A DNA stretch of 64,000 bases from an uncultured Terriglobales bacterium (GTDB lineage: Bacteria > Acidobacteriota > Terriglobia > Terriglobales > Acidobacteriaceae), in assembly GCA_964399125.1 (NCBI GenBank), contig CAYNPS010000001.1:20496-84495 (forward strand), in the 5' to 3' direction. Position numbers and translations under genes: made by a program. Below are positions 17,777-26,628 of the stretch, one piece after another (positions within the stretch are counted from its first letter, which is position 1; each line of letters begins with the position of its first letter). A model generated the notes under the pieces. The model was not told the DNA's origin, searched no databases, and worked only from the letters and a program-made list of their open reading frames with translations.

Positions 17777-18747
17777 AGCAACATCTTCCCGGCTTGCAGT
17801 GATGGCAACCAGTTCACACCGGGCCTCGCCGCCATGATCCTCCACACGCTTACCAGTGTCTCCTGTCCCGCCTGCTCTTTCCGGTCGACTTCACTAACCA
17901 GATCCGAATAGGGCCAATCGTGCGCTGCTAGACAAAACTCCGCTATTGCTCTCGACTTTTCCCCGCGAATCCGGGCTGCCGAGGATGCTAGCCATCGCAA
18001 ACTTGCGTCACGTTCAGTGTCGGCCTGCGGACTCCACAGTAAGGCGAGGAGCGCCAGGCAAGTCATATCCACATTTGGATTGCCGGGCACTCCATAGACC
18101 ATTGGGTTACCGCTATTCCATCCACCACCCGAACACATGCGATCCTTCAACATCGCTTCTGCCAACCTGCGTCGTTTTGCAAAGCTCCTCGGCAACAAAC
18201 CCGATGGGAGATTGCGCAAAGCAATTAAGGCGCAGGCCGTAGGTTCTACCCAGCTACTCGTACCAGGTGTCCAAGTCCAACCCCGGTAAGCGCTATTCTG
18301 CTTTGAGACCGACGCTTTTCGTCGCAGCCTCTCGACAAACCGCCACCAGAATCCGCCAGCCTTCGGCCACGCGTCGCAAAGATATCCAGCAGCATGCCGA
18401 ATTAGGTGCGCCGGGCCGTTCGCCTGCTGAACCGCCAAACACGCTACGGCCGTGACCCATGCACCCTGCGTCTGCTGCGGTGCCGCCGGCCACGATCCAT
18501 CTTCAATCTGCGCGCTCACCAGATACTGCAACGCTCTCTCGCGCGCATTCACCACGTTGGGCGACCCCTGACATTGCAGGAGCGCGAGCAGTGCCCAACT
18601 GCTCGGTTCGACCCGGCTCTCCAAGCCTCCGTAATAGCCCCAGCCGCCATCTACGTTCTGCCGCCGCAACAGTAGCGCAACGTGACGCTCGGAGCTTCGA
18701 CTCTCGCTGGCTATACCATTATCTACAACTTCTTTCTCAAGCATCAT
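17773..18747 (-). CDS. Prenyltransferase / squalene-oxidase-repeat (alpha/alpha-barrel) protein
   Basis: The track ORF runs to 18786. ATG ATG at 18747/18744 overlaps the EBP stop. Repeated (D/E)GGWG / DGSW / GGGWN motifs are spaced about 50 aa apart, as in terpene-cyclase/prenyltransferase beta-subunit repeats. No signal peptide is present. Confidence 0.65.
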   Translation of the reverse strand: MMLEKEVVDNGIASESRSSERHVALLLRRQNVDGGWGYYGGLESRVEPSSWALLALLQCQGSPNVVNARERALQYLVSAQIEDGSWPAAPQQTQGAWVTAVACLAVQQANGPAHLIRHAAGYLCDAWPKAGGFWWRFVERLRRKASVSKQNSAYRGWTWTPGTSSWVEPTACALIALRNLPSGLLPRSFAKRRRLAEAMLKDRMCSGGGWNSGNPMVYGVPGNPNVDMTCLALLALLWSPQADTERDASLRWLASSAARIRGEKSRAIAEFCLAAHDWPYSDLVSEVDRKEQAGQETLVSVWRIMAARPGVNWLPSLQAGKMLL

Positions 18748-20140
18748 GAGCACTCGAGGCAGTACGGCTGTCCAACGGCTCATCAATCTCCAACTGATTG
18801 ATCAACCTGTGCAAGTATCCCCTTGCTACACCGAGACTGCGTGCACTCTTTGCCTTGCGCCAGCCGCACTCTTCGAGCGTACGCAGAATCAAGCGCCGTT
18901 TGAACCTCCTGACCTCTTCATCATAGGAGAGGCTCATCGCAGCCATTTCGTATGTGCCGCGTATCGTTTCAGGAAGGTCCCAAACGTCGATAGTGTTGGA
19001 ATCAGAAAGAACTACCAGACGGTGGACCACGTTCTCTAGTTCACGAACATTTCCTGGCCAGTTGTATTCCTCAAGCGCCTGCAGACACAGGCGCGAGAAG
19101 CGATCCACTTCCTTACCGTACTGTTTCGCGAAACGATCCAAGAACGAATAAGCTAGGATCGAAACGTCCTCGCGTCGTTCGCGCAAAGGCGGAAGATGGA
19201 TCTGAACCACATTAAGTCGGTAAAACAAGTCTTCGCGGAAACGCCCCTGCTGCATCATTTCCTCCAGATTGCGGTTGGTGGCACAGATCAGACGCAGATT
19301 CACTTTCAGAGGCGTGCTGCTGCCGAGACGCTCAAATGTACGTTCCTGCAACACCCGCAAGAATTTTGGTTGAATGCCAACACCGAGGTCGCCAACTTCG
19401 TCGAGAAAAAGAGTTCCTGAATCAGACAACTCAACACGACCACGCCGAAAAGCAACGGCGCCTGTGTACGCACCTTTTTCGTGTCCAAACAGCTCATCTT
19501 CGACCAGCGTCTCGGGCAGGTTTGCGCACGAGAAAGCCACAAACGGGTGTGAAGCGCGACCGCTATAGGCATGAATCGCACGTGCCAGCAATTCTTTGCC
19601 GGTGCCGGTTTCGCCGGTGATCAGCACACTGACATCGGATGGAGCAATCTTGCGGCACAACGAAAAGACGCGCTGCATGACGTCCGACTGCGCCAGCATC
19701 ACGTCAAACTGACCGGTGCTCTGCGGAACAGACCGAATCTGCGCCAATTCAGCTTCCAACTGACGGAGCCGGCTTGCACGCTTGAGCGTCAGTCGCAGTT
19801 CCATGATGTCCAGCGGACTGTTCAGAACATCAAACGCTCCGGATTCAATCATGCGCAGCGTGAACATCCGATCTTCACCGGGAAGAAACAGGACGATCGG
19901 AGGCACTGGATGCGTGCAGCGTGCCTTGATCTTCTGTATGAATTTGAACTGCTCTTCGGGCGGCTGCGTTATAGCTGCACTGGGAACCTGCATGAGAATG
20001 ACATCTGCAGGAGATTCTGATTCCCCTTTGGCGCCTTCTAGAGTCCTCGTCTCAAACTCAGTACCTAGAGCATTGAAAAGCACTTTCGAGAACTCAGTTT
20101 CGGAACCGGCAAAAGACACTCGAATCTTGCTTTCGGGCAT
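18737..20140 (-). CDS. Sigma-54-dependent transcriptional activator (EBP) with degenerate receiver domain
   Basis: 467 aa. Seen: Walker A GETGTGKELLARAIH, a GAYTGA loop (GAFTGA variant), Walker B LFLDEVGDL and a C-terminal Fis-type HTH (ARSLGVARGYLHRLINQL). The N-terminal REC-like fold lacks the acidic pocket. Confidence 0.9.
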   Translation of the reverse strand: MPESKIRVSFAGSETEFSKVLFNALGTEFETRTLEGAKGESESPADVILMQVPSAAITQPPEEQFKFIQKIKARCTHPVPPIVLFLPGEDRMFTLRMIESGAFDVLNSPLDIMELRLTLKRASRLRQLEAELAQIRSVPQSTGQFDVMLAQSDVMQRVFSLCRKIAPSDVSVLITGETGTGKELLARAIHAYSGRASHPFVAFSCANLPETLVEDELFGHEKGAYTGAVAFRRGRVELSDSGTLFLDEVGDLGVGIQPKFLRVLQERTFERLGSSTPLKVNLRLICATNRNLEEMMQQGRFREDLFYRLNVVQIHLPPLRERREDVSILAYSFLDRFAKQYGKEVDRFSRLCLQALEEYNWPGNVRELENVVHRLVVLSDSNTIDVWDLPETIRGTYEMAAMSLSYDEEVRRFKRRLILRTLEECGWRKAKSARSLGVARGYLHRLINQLEIDEPLDSRTASSAHDA

Positions 20141-20423
20141 CGGCGTTCCTTGCCAAAACAGGCCACGAGCTGGAGCTGGCCTGCCCTTTCACAACGGGGG
20201 GAAGTATTACTAGGTACTGCAGTTTATCTACCAGTGCCTATGGGGTGGAAATCTTATTCCTAAGTACCTGAAATGGCAACAGATTCCTGTGACCACACGA
20301 CAATTTTGCGGGGCGGATATACAGCTATGAGAAAGAAACTATGCAAGAGTTTGCACAACTAAATGGCAATCTTCTCCCCGCGTGGGGACGGAATGCTGGG
20401 GGCCGGTTGCAGTCGAAGCGGAC

Positions 20424-21683
20424 TCACGACATTGGTGGCGCTGGGCGTTCATCTACAAAGTAGTTATCGCAGGCCTGCACCAGTGCATCCCAGTTCAATT
20501 CCGGTTCTTTCCCATCGAATCGCGCCGCCCAGCGTATCTGATTCACGATATCAACCGGATAACACGCACGCAGAGCCCGGCCGTTTTGAAGAATCCACTT
20601 CCCCAGCTTGTCCACCAGGATGAAATCATAGACGATCTTATCGTCGCAGACCCGCTGGAAGATCTCGTGGAACTGCTCGGAGGTGATCGTATCCAGTTTG
20701 ATCTTGGTATGTAAACGACGCAGGAATGCCTCATCTACGAGGTCCGAAGGGGTTAGATTTGTTGCGAATATCACGAACATATCAAACGGAACTTCAATCT
20801 TCTTCCCGCCCACAATCGTCAGAAAATCAATTCGTCGGTCAAGAGGCACCACCCAGCGATTCAACAGCTCGACCGGTCTGATCCTTTGCCTGCCTAAATC
20901 ATCAACGATCAGGAGGCCGTTATTGGCTTTCATCTGAATTGGGGCCGAGAAGAATTTCGTGGTGGGGTTAAAGTCCAGATCGAGCATGTCAAAGCTCAGT
21001 TCCCCGCCCACCAACATGCGAGGACGACGGCAGCAAACCCATCGTGCATCCACCACCTCCTCTTCCTGATCCGCGACTTCTTCGTGAACGCCGGCATCGA
21101 ACACAGTAATAATCTGGCCGTCTACTTCCACGGCATAAGGGATATAGATCTTGTCACCAGCAAAAGCCCAACCGAGGCTCTCGGCGACGCTGCTTTTTCC
21201 CGATCCAGTCGAACCGTACAGGAAAATCGATCTGCCCGAAGCCATCGCGGTTCCCAGCTTCCGTACAGTGGCTTTCTCCAGAACGAGATGCTGTAGCGCT
21301 TTCTCAATCTTCCCAGCATCGATGTCGAGGTTAGTGACGGTTTGTAGTCGCACGCGATTGTTGTACTCCCGCAACGACACCGGTGCCGGCCCTACGAATT
21401 GATTCTGCGAGAGGTATTCGATTGCGCGTTCGCGCCCCTGGGTGGTGAGCGTAATTCTGTGCAATGGGCCCGACATTCCGGTGACTTCACAAAGCTGATC
21501 TTTGCGAAAACGCAAGAAAAGGTGCTCGATGATGGCCTCATCGACATGCATCTTTGTGGCGAGATCTAGAACATTGCACTCCCCGGCATAGTAAAGCGTT
21601 TTTAGCGCCAGCTCCTCGACTACCCGCCGGTTAATCCCCAACTCGTCGATTGTGGTTGGCTTTGGAAGGGTTGCGGTGTCCAT
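20424..21683 (-). CDS. P-loop/AAA+-type ATPase with N-terminal helical (wHTH-like) domain
   Basis: 419 aa. Seen: Walker A LYGSTGSGKSS, Walker B GLLIVDDLGRQ and a C-terminal block FVIFATNLTPSDLVDEAFLRRLHTKIKL. It lies 40 nt downstream of the PilZ-TonB gene. Confidence 0.75.
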   Translation of the reverse strand: MDTATLPKPTTIDELGINRRVVEELALKTLYYAGECNVLDLATKMHVDEAIIEHLFLRFRKDQLCEVTGMSGPLHRITLTTQGRERAIEYLSQNQFVGPAPVSLREYNNRVRLQTVTNLDIDAGKIEKALQHLVLEKATVRKLGTAMASGRSIFLYGSTGSGKSSVAESLGWAFAGDKIYIPYAVEVDGQIITVFDAGVHEEVADQEEEVVDARWVCCRRPRMLVGGELSFDMLDLDFNPTTKFFSAPIQMKANNGLLIVDDLGRQRIRPVELLNRWVVPLDRRIDFLTIVGGKKIEVPFDMFVIFATNLTPSDLVDEAFLRRLHTKIKLDTITSEQFHEIFQRVCDDKIVYDFILVDKLGKWILQNGRALRACYPVDIVNQIRWAARFDGKEPELNWDALVQACDNYFVDERPAPPMS

Positions 21684-21723
21684 CGTTCTGACCTCCAGTC
21701 CTAAATTTCCCCAACGTCCAACA

Positions 21724-23100
21724 TTAATGCGGCAAGATGTTGAACGTAACCTTAATCCGGATATCGCCTGCGACCGGTTTCCCGTTTTCTACGTAGGGCT
21801 TATACCTCCAGTGCCGTACCGCGTCCATAACCGCGGCGGCAAGTACGGAGTTCCCGCTCAGGAGATTCAACCCGCTGACCGCACCGTCCTTATCTATATT
21901 TGCCAATACCACTACAGAGCCATCAATCTCACTCTGAAGCGCTACTGGCGGATAAGCCGGAGTTTGATAAATTTCCGGGGCGCGGCCGGACAACTCAGAG
22001 GAAAGCGTCCCTGACGAATCGGCGGTGCGCAGGAGGCGAAGCGAAGTATCCGGAGTTGCCCATTGGAACGGAATGGGGCGGGTCGGATTGGCTCGCACGA
22101 TGAGGGTCTGTCGATTGCCTTGAATCCGAAAACGCCACATCGCCAAAGGTGGCGCACTCGGAACCAGCACCTGCTCCAATGCCGGTGTCGCGGGGGCCCG
22201 GGTCAGGGTGGTTTTTTCCGTCTTGTCCTTGCTCCTAGTGCTTGCACCCGCGACTTTCTTGTTATCTGCAGGCGGGGATAGCTTCGTTTGTTCGGCGCTA
22301 GAGTCGTTGTTACTCAAAGCTCTTCTAACCCAAGCCGGAACGGTTCCATCCTCAAGAGCGTTCTTTTTAAACTGTCCCAGTGAAGCTTCGATTCTCTGCT
22401 GTGCCACTTGAAACGCGCTATGGCGTCCGTAAGAATATAGCCCAGCTAAAAGAATTAAGAAAACCAGGCTCACGCCCCCAGCAACTGCAGTGATCTTCTC
22501 GCGTTTGCTCAACTTTCCGAGTTGAGTCCTCGCTGCAGAAACCCAAGTCCGCGTTTCGGTTTCAATCGTCTTAAATTGAAATGCAGAACGCAGCTCTCCA
22601 ACTTCATCTGCCTTACCTGCCTCGATGGGAACTTCGTCCTGCACCGCGGCATTTTCCGAATCCGCAGGCACCGCTTTGGGTTCTGAATCTGCTTTTGCTG
22701 TTTTTGGCAAAGCTGCTGATTTCTGGCTTGATGCTTGGTTTACCTTTTCAGACGCCAGCCAATTTCTTAAAAGGGTCCGTCCTTCCGGTGAAAAATTCAG
22801 AAGACGTGCACCAGCAATTTCACCCGATTCGTCCGTCCAAGCGACTTGTCCCTCGGATGTGATCGGCACCTTTGAACCGGGCAGTTCCATTCGCAGCTGT
22901 ATCTTCTGGCCTACTTGGACAGGAGAAATGGCCTGGAATGCCAGGCCACCATCACTGAGGTTGACCAAAATTCCCCCATTCTCGGTATCGAGACTGAGAT
23001 ACGTAAACGGACAGGCATAACGCGGCATGGCACGGCGGTCGCGGATCACGGTTCGTCCTTTCCGCCACTGTGATTCTCCAAAACACAGATCAAGTGGCAA
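21724..23100 (-). CDS. PilZ domain - TM helix - TonB C-terminal domain fusion protein
   Basis: 458 aa. The N-terminus carries RRAMPR (RxxxR) and NLSDGG ((D/N)xSxxG), the c-di-GMP-binding PilZ motifs. A central TM helix is ITAVAGGVSLVFLILLAGLYSY. The C-terminus YPPVALQSEIDGSVVVLANIDKDGAVSGLNLLSGNSVLAAAVMDAVRHWRYKPY is a TonB_C fold signature. Confidence 0.85.
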   Translation of the reverse strand: MPLDLCFGESQWRKGRTVIRDRRAMPRYACPFTYLSLDTENGGILVNLSDGGLAFQAISPVQVGQKIQLRMELPGSKVPITSEGQVAWTDESGEIAGARLLNFSPEGRTLLRNWLASEKVNQASSQKSAALPKTAKADSEPKAVPADSENAAVQDEVPIEAGKADEVGELRSAFQFKTIETETRTWVSAARTQLGKLSKREKITAVAGGVSLVFLILLAGLYSYGRHSAFQVAQQRIEASLGQFKKNALEDGTVPAWVRRALSNNDSSAEQTKLSPPADNKKVAGASTRSKDKTEKTTLTRAPATPALEQVLVPSAPPLAMWRFRIQGNRQTLIVRANPTRPIPFQWATPDTSLRLLRTADSSGTLSSELSGRAPEIYQTPAYPPVALQSEIDGSVVVLANIDKDGAVSGLNLLSGNSVLAAAVMDAVRHWRYKPYVENGKPVAGDIRIKVTFNILPH

Positions 23101-23268
23101 TACTCGTCGTTAGCGCTCGTTCACTTCAAACCGCGATAGAATGGCAACCTATTTCCCCCGGTTGCAAACTGTTGCGCAACCAAATTTCCGATAACCACCT
23201 ATTGCACCTAGCTATTTTGTACAAAAATCTCCCGCGCCCGATTGGCAAACGCCAGAACGTAACTCTTG

Positions 23269-23463
23269 TCAGCTGATCGTTTGTCTGTGCTGCCGTGCAT
23301 CCTTGAGCATGTGCCTTTGCGCCTTTCTGGTTGCTTTCGCACGCTGTTGCGCAGCTCTAGCCTGGGCAGGGACTGGATATTTGTGCGGCTGTTTCGGGTA
23401 CTTGACGCGTGCGCATAGTGGCAAACTTGCGATCAAGAACAGGAAAACTAGAAGACGTTTCAA
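23269..23463 (-). CDS. Small secreted basic protein (hypothetical)
   Basis: 64 aa with a TTG start preceded by GGGAGG. The signal-peptide-like N-terminus is KRLLVFLFLIASLPLCA, followed by a Lys/Arg/Gln-rich tail. Confidence 0.4.
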   Translation of the reverse strand: MKRLLVFLFLIASLPLCARVKYPKQPHKYPVPAQARAAQQRAKATRKAQRHMLKDARQHRQTIS

Positions 23464-24129
23464 AGGGCAAGCCTCCCTCTACATCGGAAAAGGCAGGATT
23501 TCCAACTGGGTACAAGCAAGTGGCATGCCATTTAAATACATTAGCCGGTGGTCCCGAAATCCAGTGTCTAGGATTGGCTGTGCTCCAGCCATGTAAGCTA
23601 ATGAACGCGGCGGTAAGGTTGCTTTGTACTCTTTTGGATACAGTGCCGTCCCGAGTCACGAGCGGCGAGTGTTTGCCGAGATGCCTGCCTAGAACCAGCT
23701 AAGATTATGATTGCAGAGAGTTCAACCCTACTCTAAATCATGCTAAATGCTATCTGAAATAAAGAGAAAACGGCCGGTTCATTATTCTCGGCAAGTAACT
23801 TGCAACTTTGTTTATTGACTGGATCTGAAGCAATGGCGCTGCCTGGAGCAGAAAACTTTCCGACAGAAACGCGATAGGTTGCAATCGAAGATGGTCTGGA
23901 CAAGCCCAGGAACACGTCATCCGAACGGTTGAGTGCGGCGACGGCTCGAAGCTTCGTCGTTTCAGCCGCTCTTGCGAACCTGCATGGGGCCGGTTGCAAT
24001 CGGATGTCGGGTTTTAATCAGCTGTACGGCGAGACTGGTCCGGATGTTTTTTGTTTTGCATTGCTATAGACAGCTCGCCCGATGACCCTAGTCCACTTTG
24101 GTGATCCTGAACAGAAGGAGTGCTTTCGA

Positions 24130-24417
24130 ATGCCTTTCAGGTCTGCATTCTTGATCGTTGCCGCTGGACTGGCTTTGCATGTTCCATTTCTGTGGACGTG
24201 CCTTGCATTAACCGGGTATCTCGGGTGCGCTGCACTCGACAAGTGGTTGGCGAAGCTCGCCAAAGACAAACTGTACGAAGACGAATTGGTTGGATGGAAC
24301 ACAGATAAGGGCAACACCGAATACGAAGGAAATGGTCGTTATCATCGCAGGCGACTCCCCGAAACAGATGAAATTGTGGTCACAAGGATCGCAGACCTGC
24401 TGAGAAAGATGCTATGA
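24130..24417 (+). CDS. Hypothetical small membrane protein
   Basis: The track ORF starts at 24082. The ATG at 24130 has an AAGGAG Shine-Dalgarno. It encodes two hydrophobic helices and then a charged tail. No family was recognised. Confidence 0.4.
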   Translation: MPFRSAFLIVAAGLALHVPFLWTCLALTGYLGCAALDKWLAKLAKDKLYEDELVGWNTDKGNTEYEGNGRYHRRRLPETDEIVVTRIADLLRKML

Positions 24418-24630
24418 CTGCGTCACTACACAGCCGATGGCGCCGCCTCTCTGAAACAATGCGACAGTTCCGGCAATGTTCACTCAGAACACGGGTAGTC
24501 AATAGAGATACACTCTCGCGTGCATCTTTTGGCCCCGGAAGGCTTCCCAGTTGCCTACCGATGTGAAATTGGTTCGGAGTGCGGGGTGTGAGCGCGATGA
24601 GGTCTGCAGTATGTCCGTTTTGGTTATTTG

Positions 24631-24954
24631 CTAGTTCTTCGGATCCTGGGAAGGCTTTGCGGGAGGTACCCGAACTGTTCTTTTGTGTGGAAGCTTAGGT
24701 GCCTTCTGTGCCACTGCTTTGGTCTGTGGCACTGCGGATTGGGGTGCTGTTTCAATTGGGGAGTAGCCCCGAAGTGCCCAATAGGCACCGCAAGTGGCCA
24801 GGACCCCCATAACCAGAAAGAGCAAGAAACGGCCGAGATTTCCGAAAATGGATAGTCTAATGAATTGCCAGAGCGGTACGTAAATCTCTAAGGAGAAAAA
24901 AAGAATGAAGAAAGTCGCGAGTGCCGCCAGAGCCCAAAGCGCGTTGGTTTCCAT
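24631..24954 (-). CDS. Hypothetical membrane protein
   Basis: 107 aa with GAGGTGG upstream of the ATG. It has three hydrophobic segments and a Pro/Lys-rich C-terminus. Confidence 0.5.
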   Translation of the reverse strand: METNALWALAALATFFILFFSLEIYVPLWQFIRLSIFGNLGRFLLFLVMGVLATCGAYWALRGYSPIETAPQSAVPQTKAVAQKAPKLPHKRTVRVPPAKPSQDPKN

Positions 24955-25164
24955 ACAACCACCTCGCGTGTGTGGCCCGACATCCCTGCGATACTAACGC
25001 CTATTGCAGCGGGTCGCAATTCGGACCTTAGGCGTCTTTTACAGTTTTGATTCCTCCGGAGGGTGGATCCGCCACACACAAAGCTTCAGACTTTGGCCGT
25101 TAGTTCGAACTTTAAGCTCTTGATTGGAAGGTGGCGAGTGGTCTTGAGCGACCTTCAATGCGGC

Positions 25165-26016
25165 CTATCGGCTTACATTCTTTCTGGCGTACATTGCCTT
25201 ATCAGCTTCATCGAGGACCTCGTCCAGGGTCATGCCATCTTGCCATTGTGCGATGCCGATACTGAAGGAGAACTTAGAGTCGCGCAAGACTCCTGAACAA
25301 TTCCATCCTTCAATTGCAGAGTTTATGCGCTCTTCCACTGCCCGCGCACCCTCGAGTCCCGTTCCGGGCAAGATCAGCAAAAACTCATCTCCCCCATAGC
25401 GAACGATCGCATCACTGCCGCGAACGGCTCCTTTCATCAAGGCTGCGAACTCAGCTAGAACCAAGTCTCCCGTAAGATGGCCGAACAGTGTGTTGATCTG
25501 CTTGAATCGATCCAGATCCATGAGCATAAACAGTAGACGCGTGTTGAAACGCCGTGCCTGACTGATGTACCGGCCCGCCATTTCCTCGAGCGAACGGCGG
25601 TTATATACCTCGGTTAGCGGATCAGTAAAAGACTGGAGACGTGTCAGCTCACTCTGGATGGTTTGCGAGATTAACTGTTGGCGTGTGTTCCTCAACTCGA
25701 AGCGCCTCGCGGCCAGATACGTATTTATTACGATTATCAATGCAAGCAAGCCGAAGAAGACGTTTTTGCTTACCTGCAACTCGAAATGAAAGTTCCCCTC
25801 TGTCAGAAAAGCCGCCGGGAACAACACAACTAACATTCCGAGACCGATCAGCGTCCCGCTCAGTAAGGTAAAAACCCAGACGTCTGTGTCCCGCTTCTGG
25901 ATGGAGGAAAGTTGCTCGCTCAGTTTCGTTACGAAGTTGTTCGTTCGGCAGGCCTGAACCGTGGGAGAGGATGTCGTCGATCCGAATTGTCTTGCTGCCT
26001 GCGATTGCGGCAGCAA
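25165..26016 (-). CDS. Membrane-anchored diguanylate cyclase (GGDEF) with intact I-site
   Basis: 283 aa with two N-terminal TM helices. Seen: DPLTEVYNRRSLEE, active site RYGGDEFLLIL, and RGSD (RxxD) five residues before GGDEF. Confidence 0.9.
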   Translation of the reverse strand: MLPQSQAARQFGSTTSSPTVQACRTNNFVTKLSEQLSSIQKRDTDVWVFTLLSGTLIGLGMLVVLFPAAFLTEGNFHFELQVSKNVFFGLLALIIVINTYLAARRFELRNTRQQLISQTIQSELTRLQSFTDPLTEVYNRRSLEEMAGRYISQARRFNTRLLFMLMDLDRFKQINTLFGHLTGDLVLAEFAALMKGAVRGSDAIVRYGGDEFLLILPGTGLEGARAVEERINSAIEGWNCSGVLRDSKFSFSIGIAQWQDGMTLDEVLDEADKAMYARKNVSR

Positions 26017-26628
26017 CTACGCGGAAATCATGATTGCACTCGATCGTATGTGCGCGAGTCGCCTTGCAGCTTAAAGTCGTCATTCGTCCCCAGCAACTTA
26101 CGAAAGGCTATGAGGCGGGTGTAACCAGTACTTTTTTTTCGCGGCACGGTAGGGAATGTACTTTGGCAGTGACAAACGGTCGCGTTCGAGTGTCACGGAT
26201 CAGACACAGGTTTTTCCGGAATAGGGCGACGGTTGCAGTTCTGTCTTAACCTTGAGCTGCGGTACTCCGAAAGCATCCGGCTTGTCCTGAAAAGTGCGCG
26301 TAATCAAGCAAAACAGTAGGGATTGAGCGAAACTCGTCGTGTGAGCAAGCGCAAGTGGCAACATACGAGAAGAGTGTGGCACTGGACATGCTTTATGCCA
26401 AGTTGCCAATTTTTTTCCAGCGCGCTTCATCATTGCCACCGGAAGCCCCCCAGCTTCCAGTGTGACATGCAATTGAGGCTAAGCTAACTCTCCCGGAACC
26501 AAAATTGGCGAGCTGAGGAGCTATTCGCCCTGCGAGTAATCCTTCTAGGCGACGCTCCCGGCAGAGCGCGGCAATCTGTTCGCCGAAGCTCGATTTAATC
26601 CTGAATCACGGCAGCTGGAGGGTCGCTG

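Noticed and set aside
20141-20423. Sigma-54 or other recognisable promoter upstream of the EBP operon (TGGCAA-containing strings at about 20274 and 20364)
   Set aside because: The TGGCA strings are on the wrong strand for the minus-strand operon and lack a correctly spaced TTGC. No call is made.
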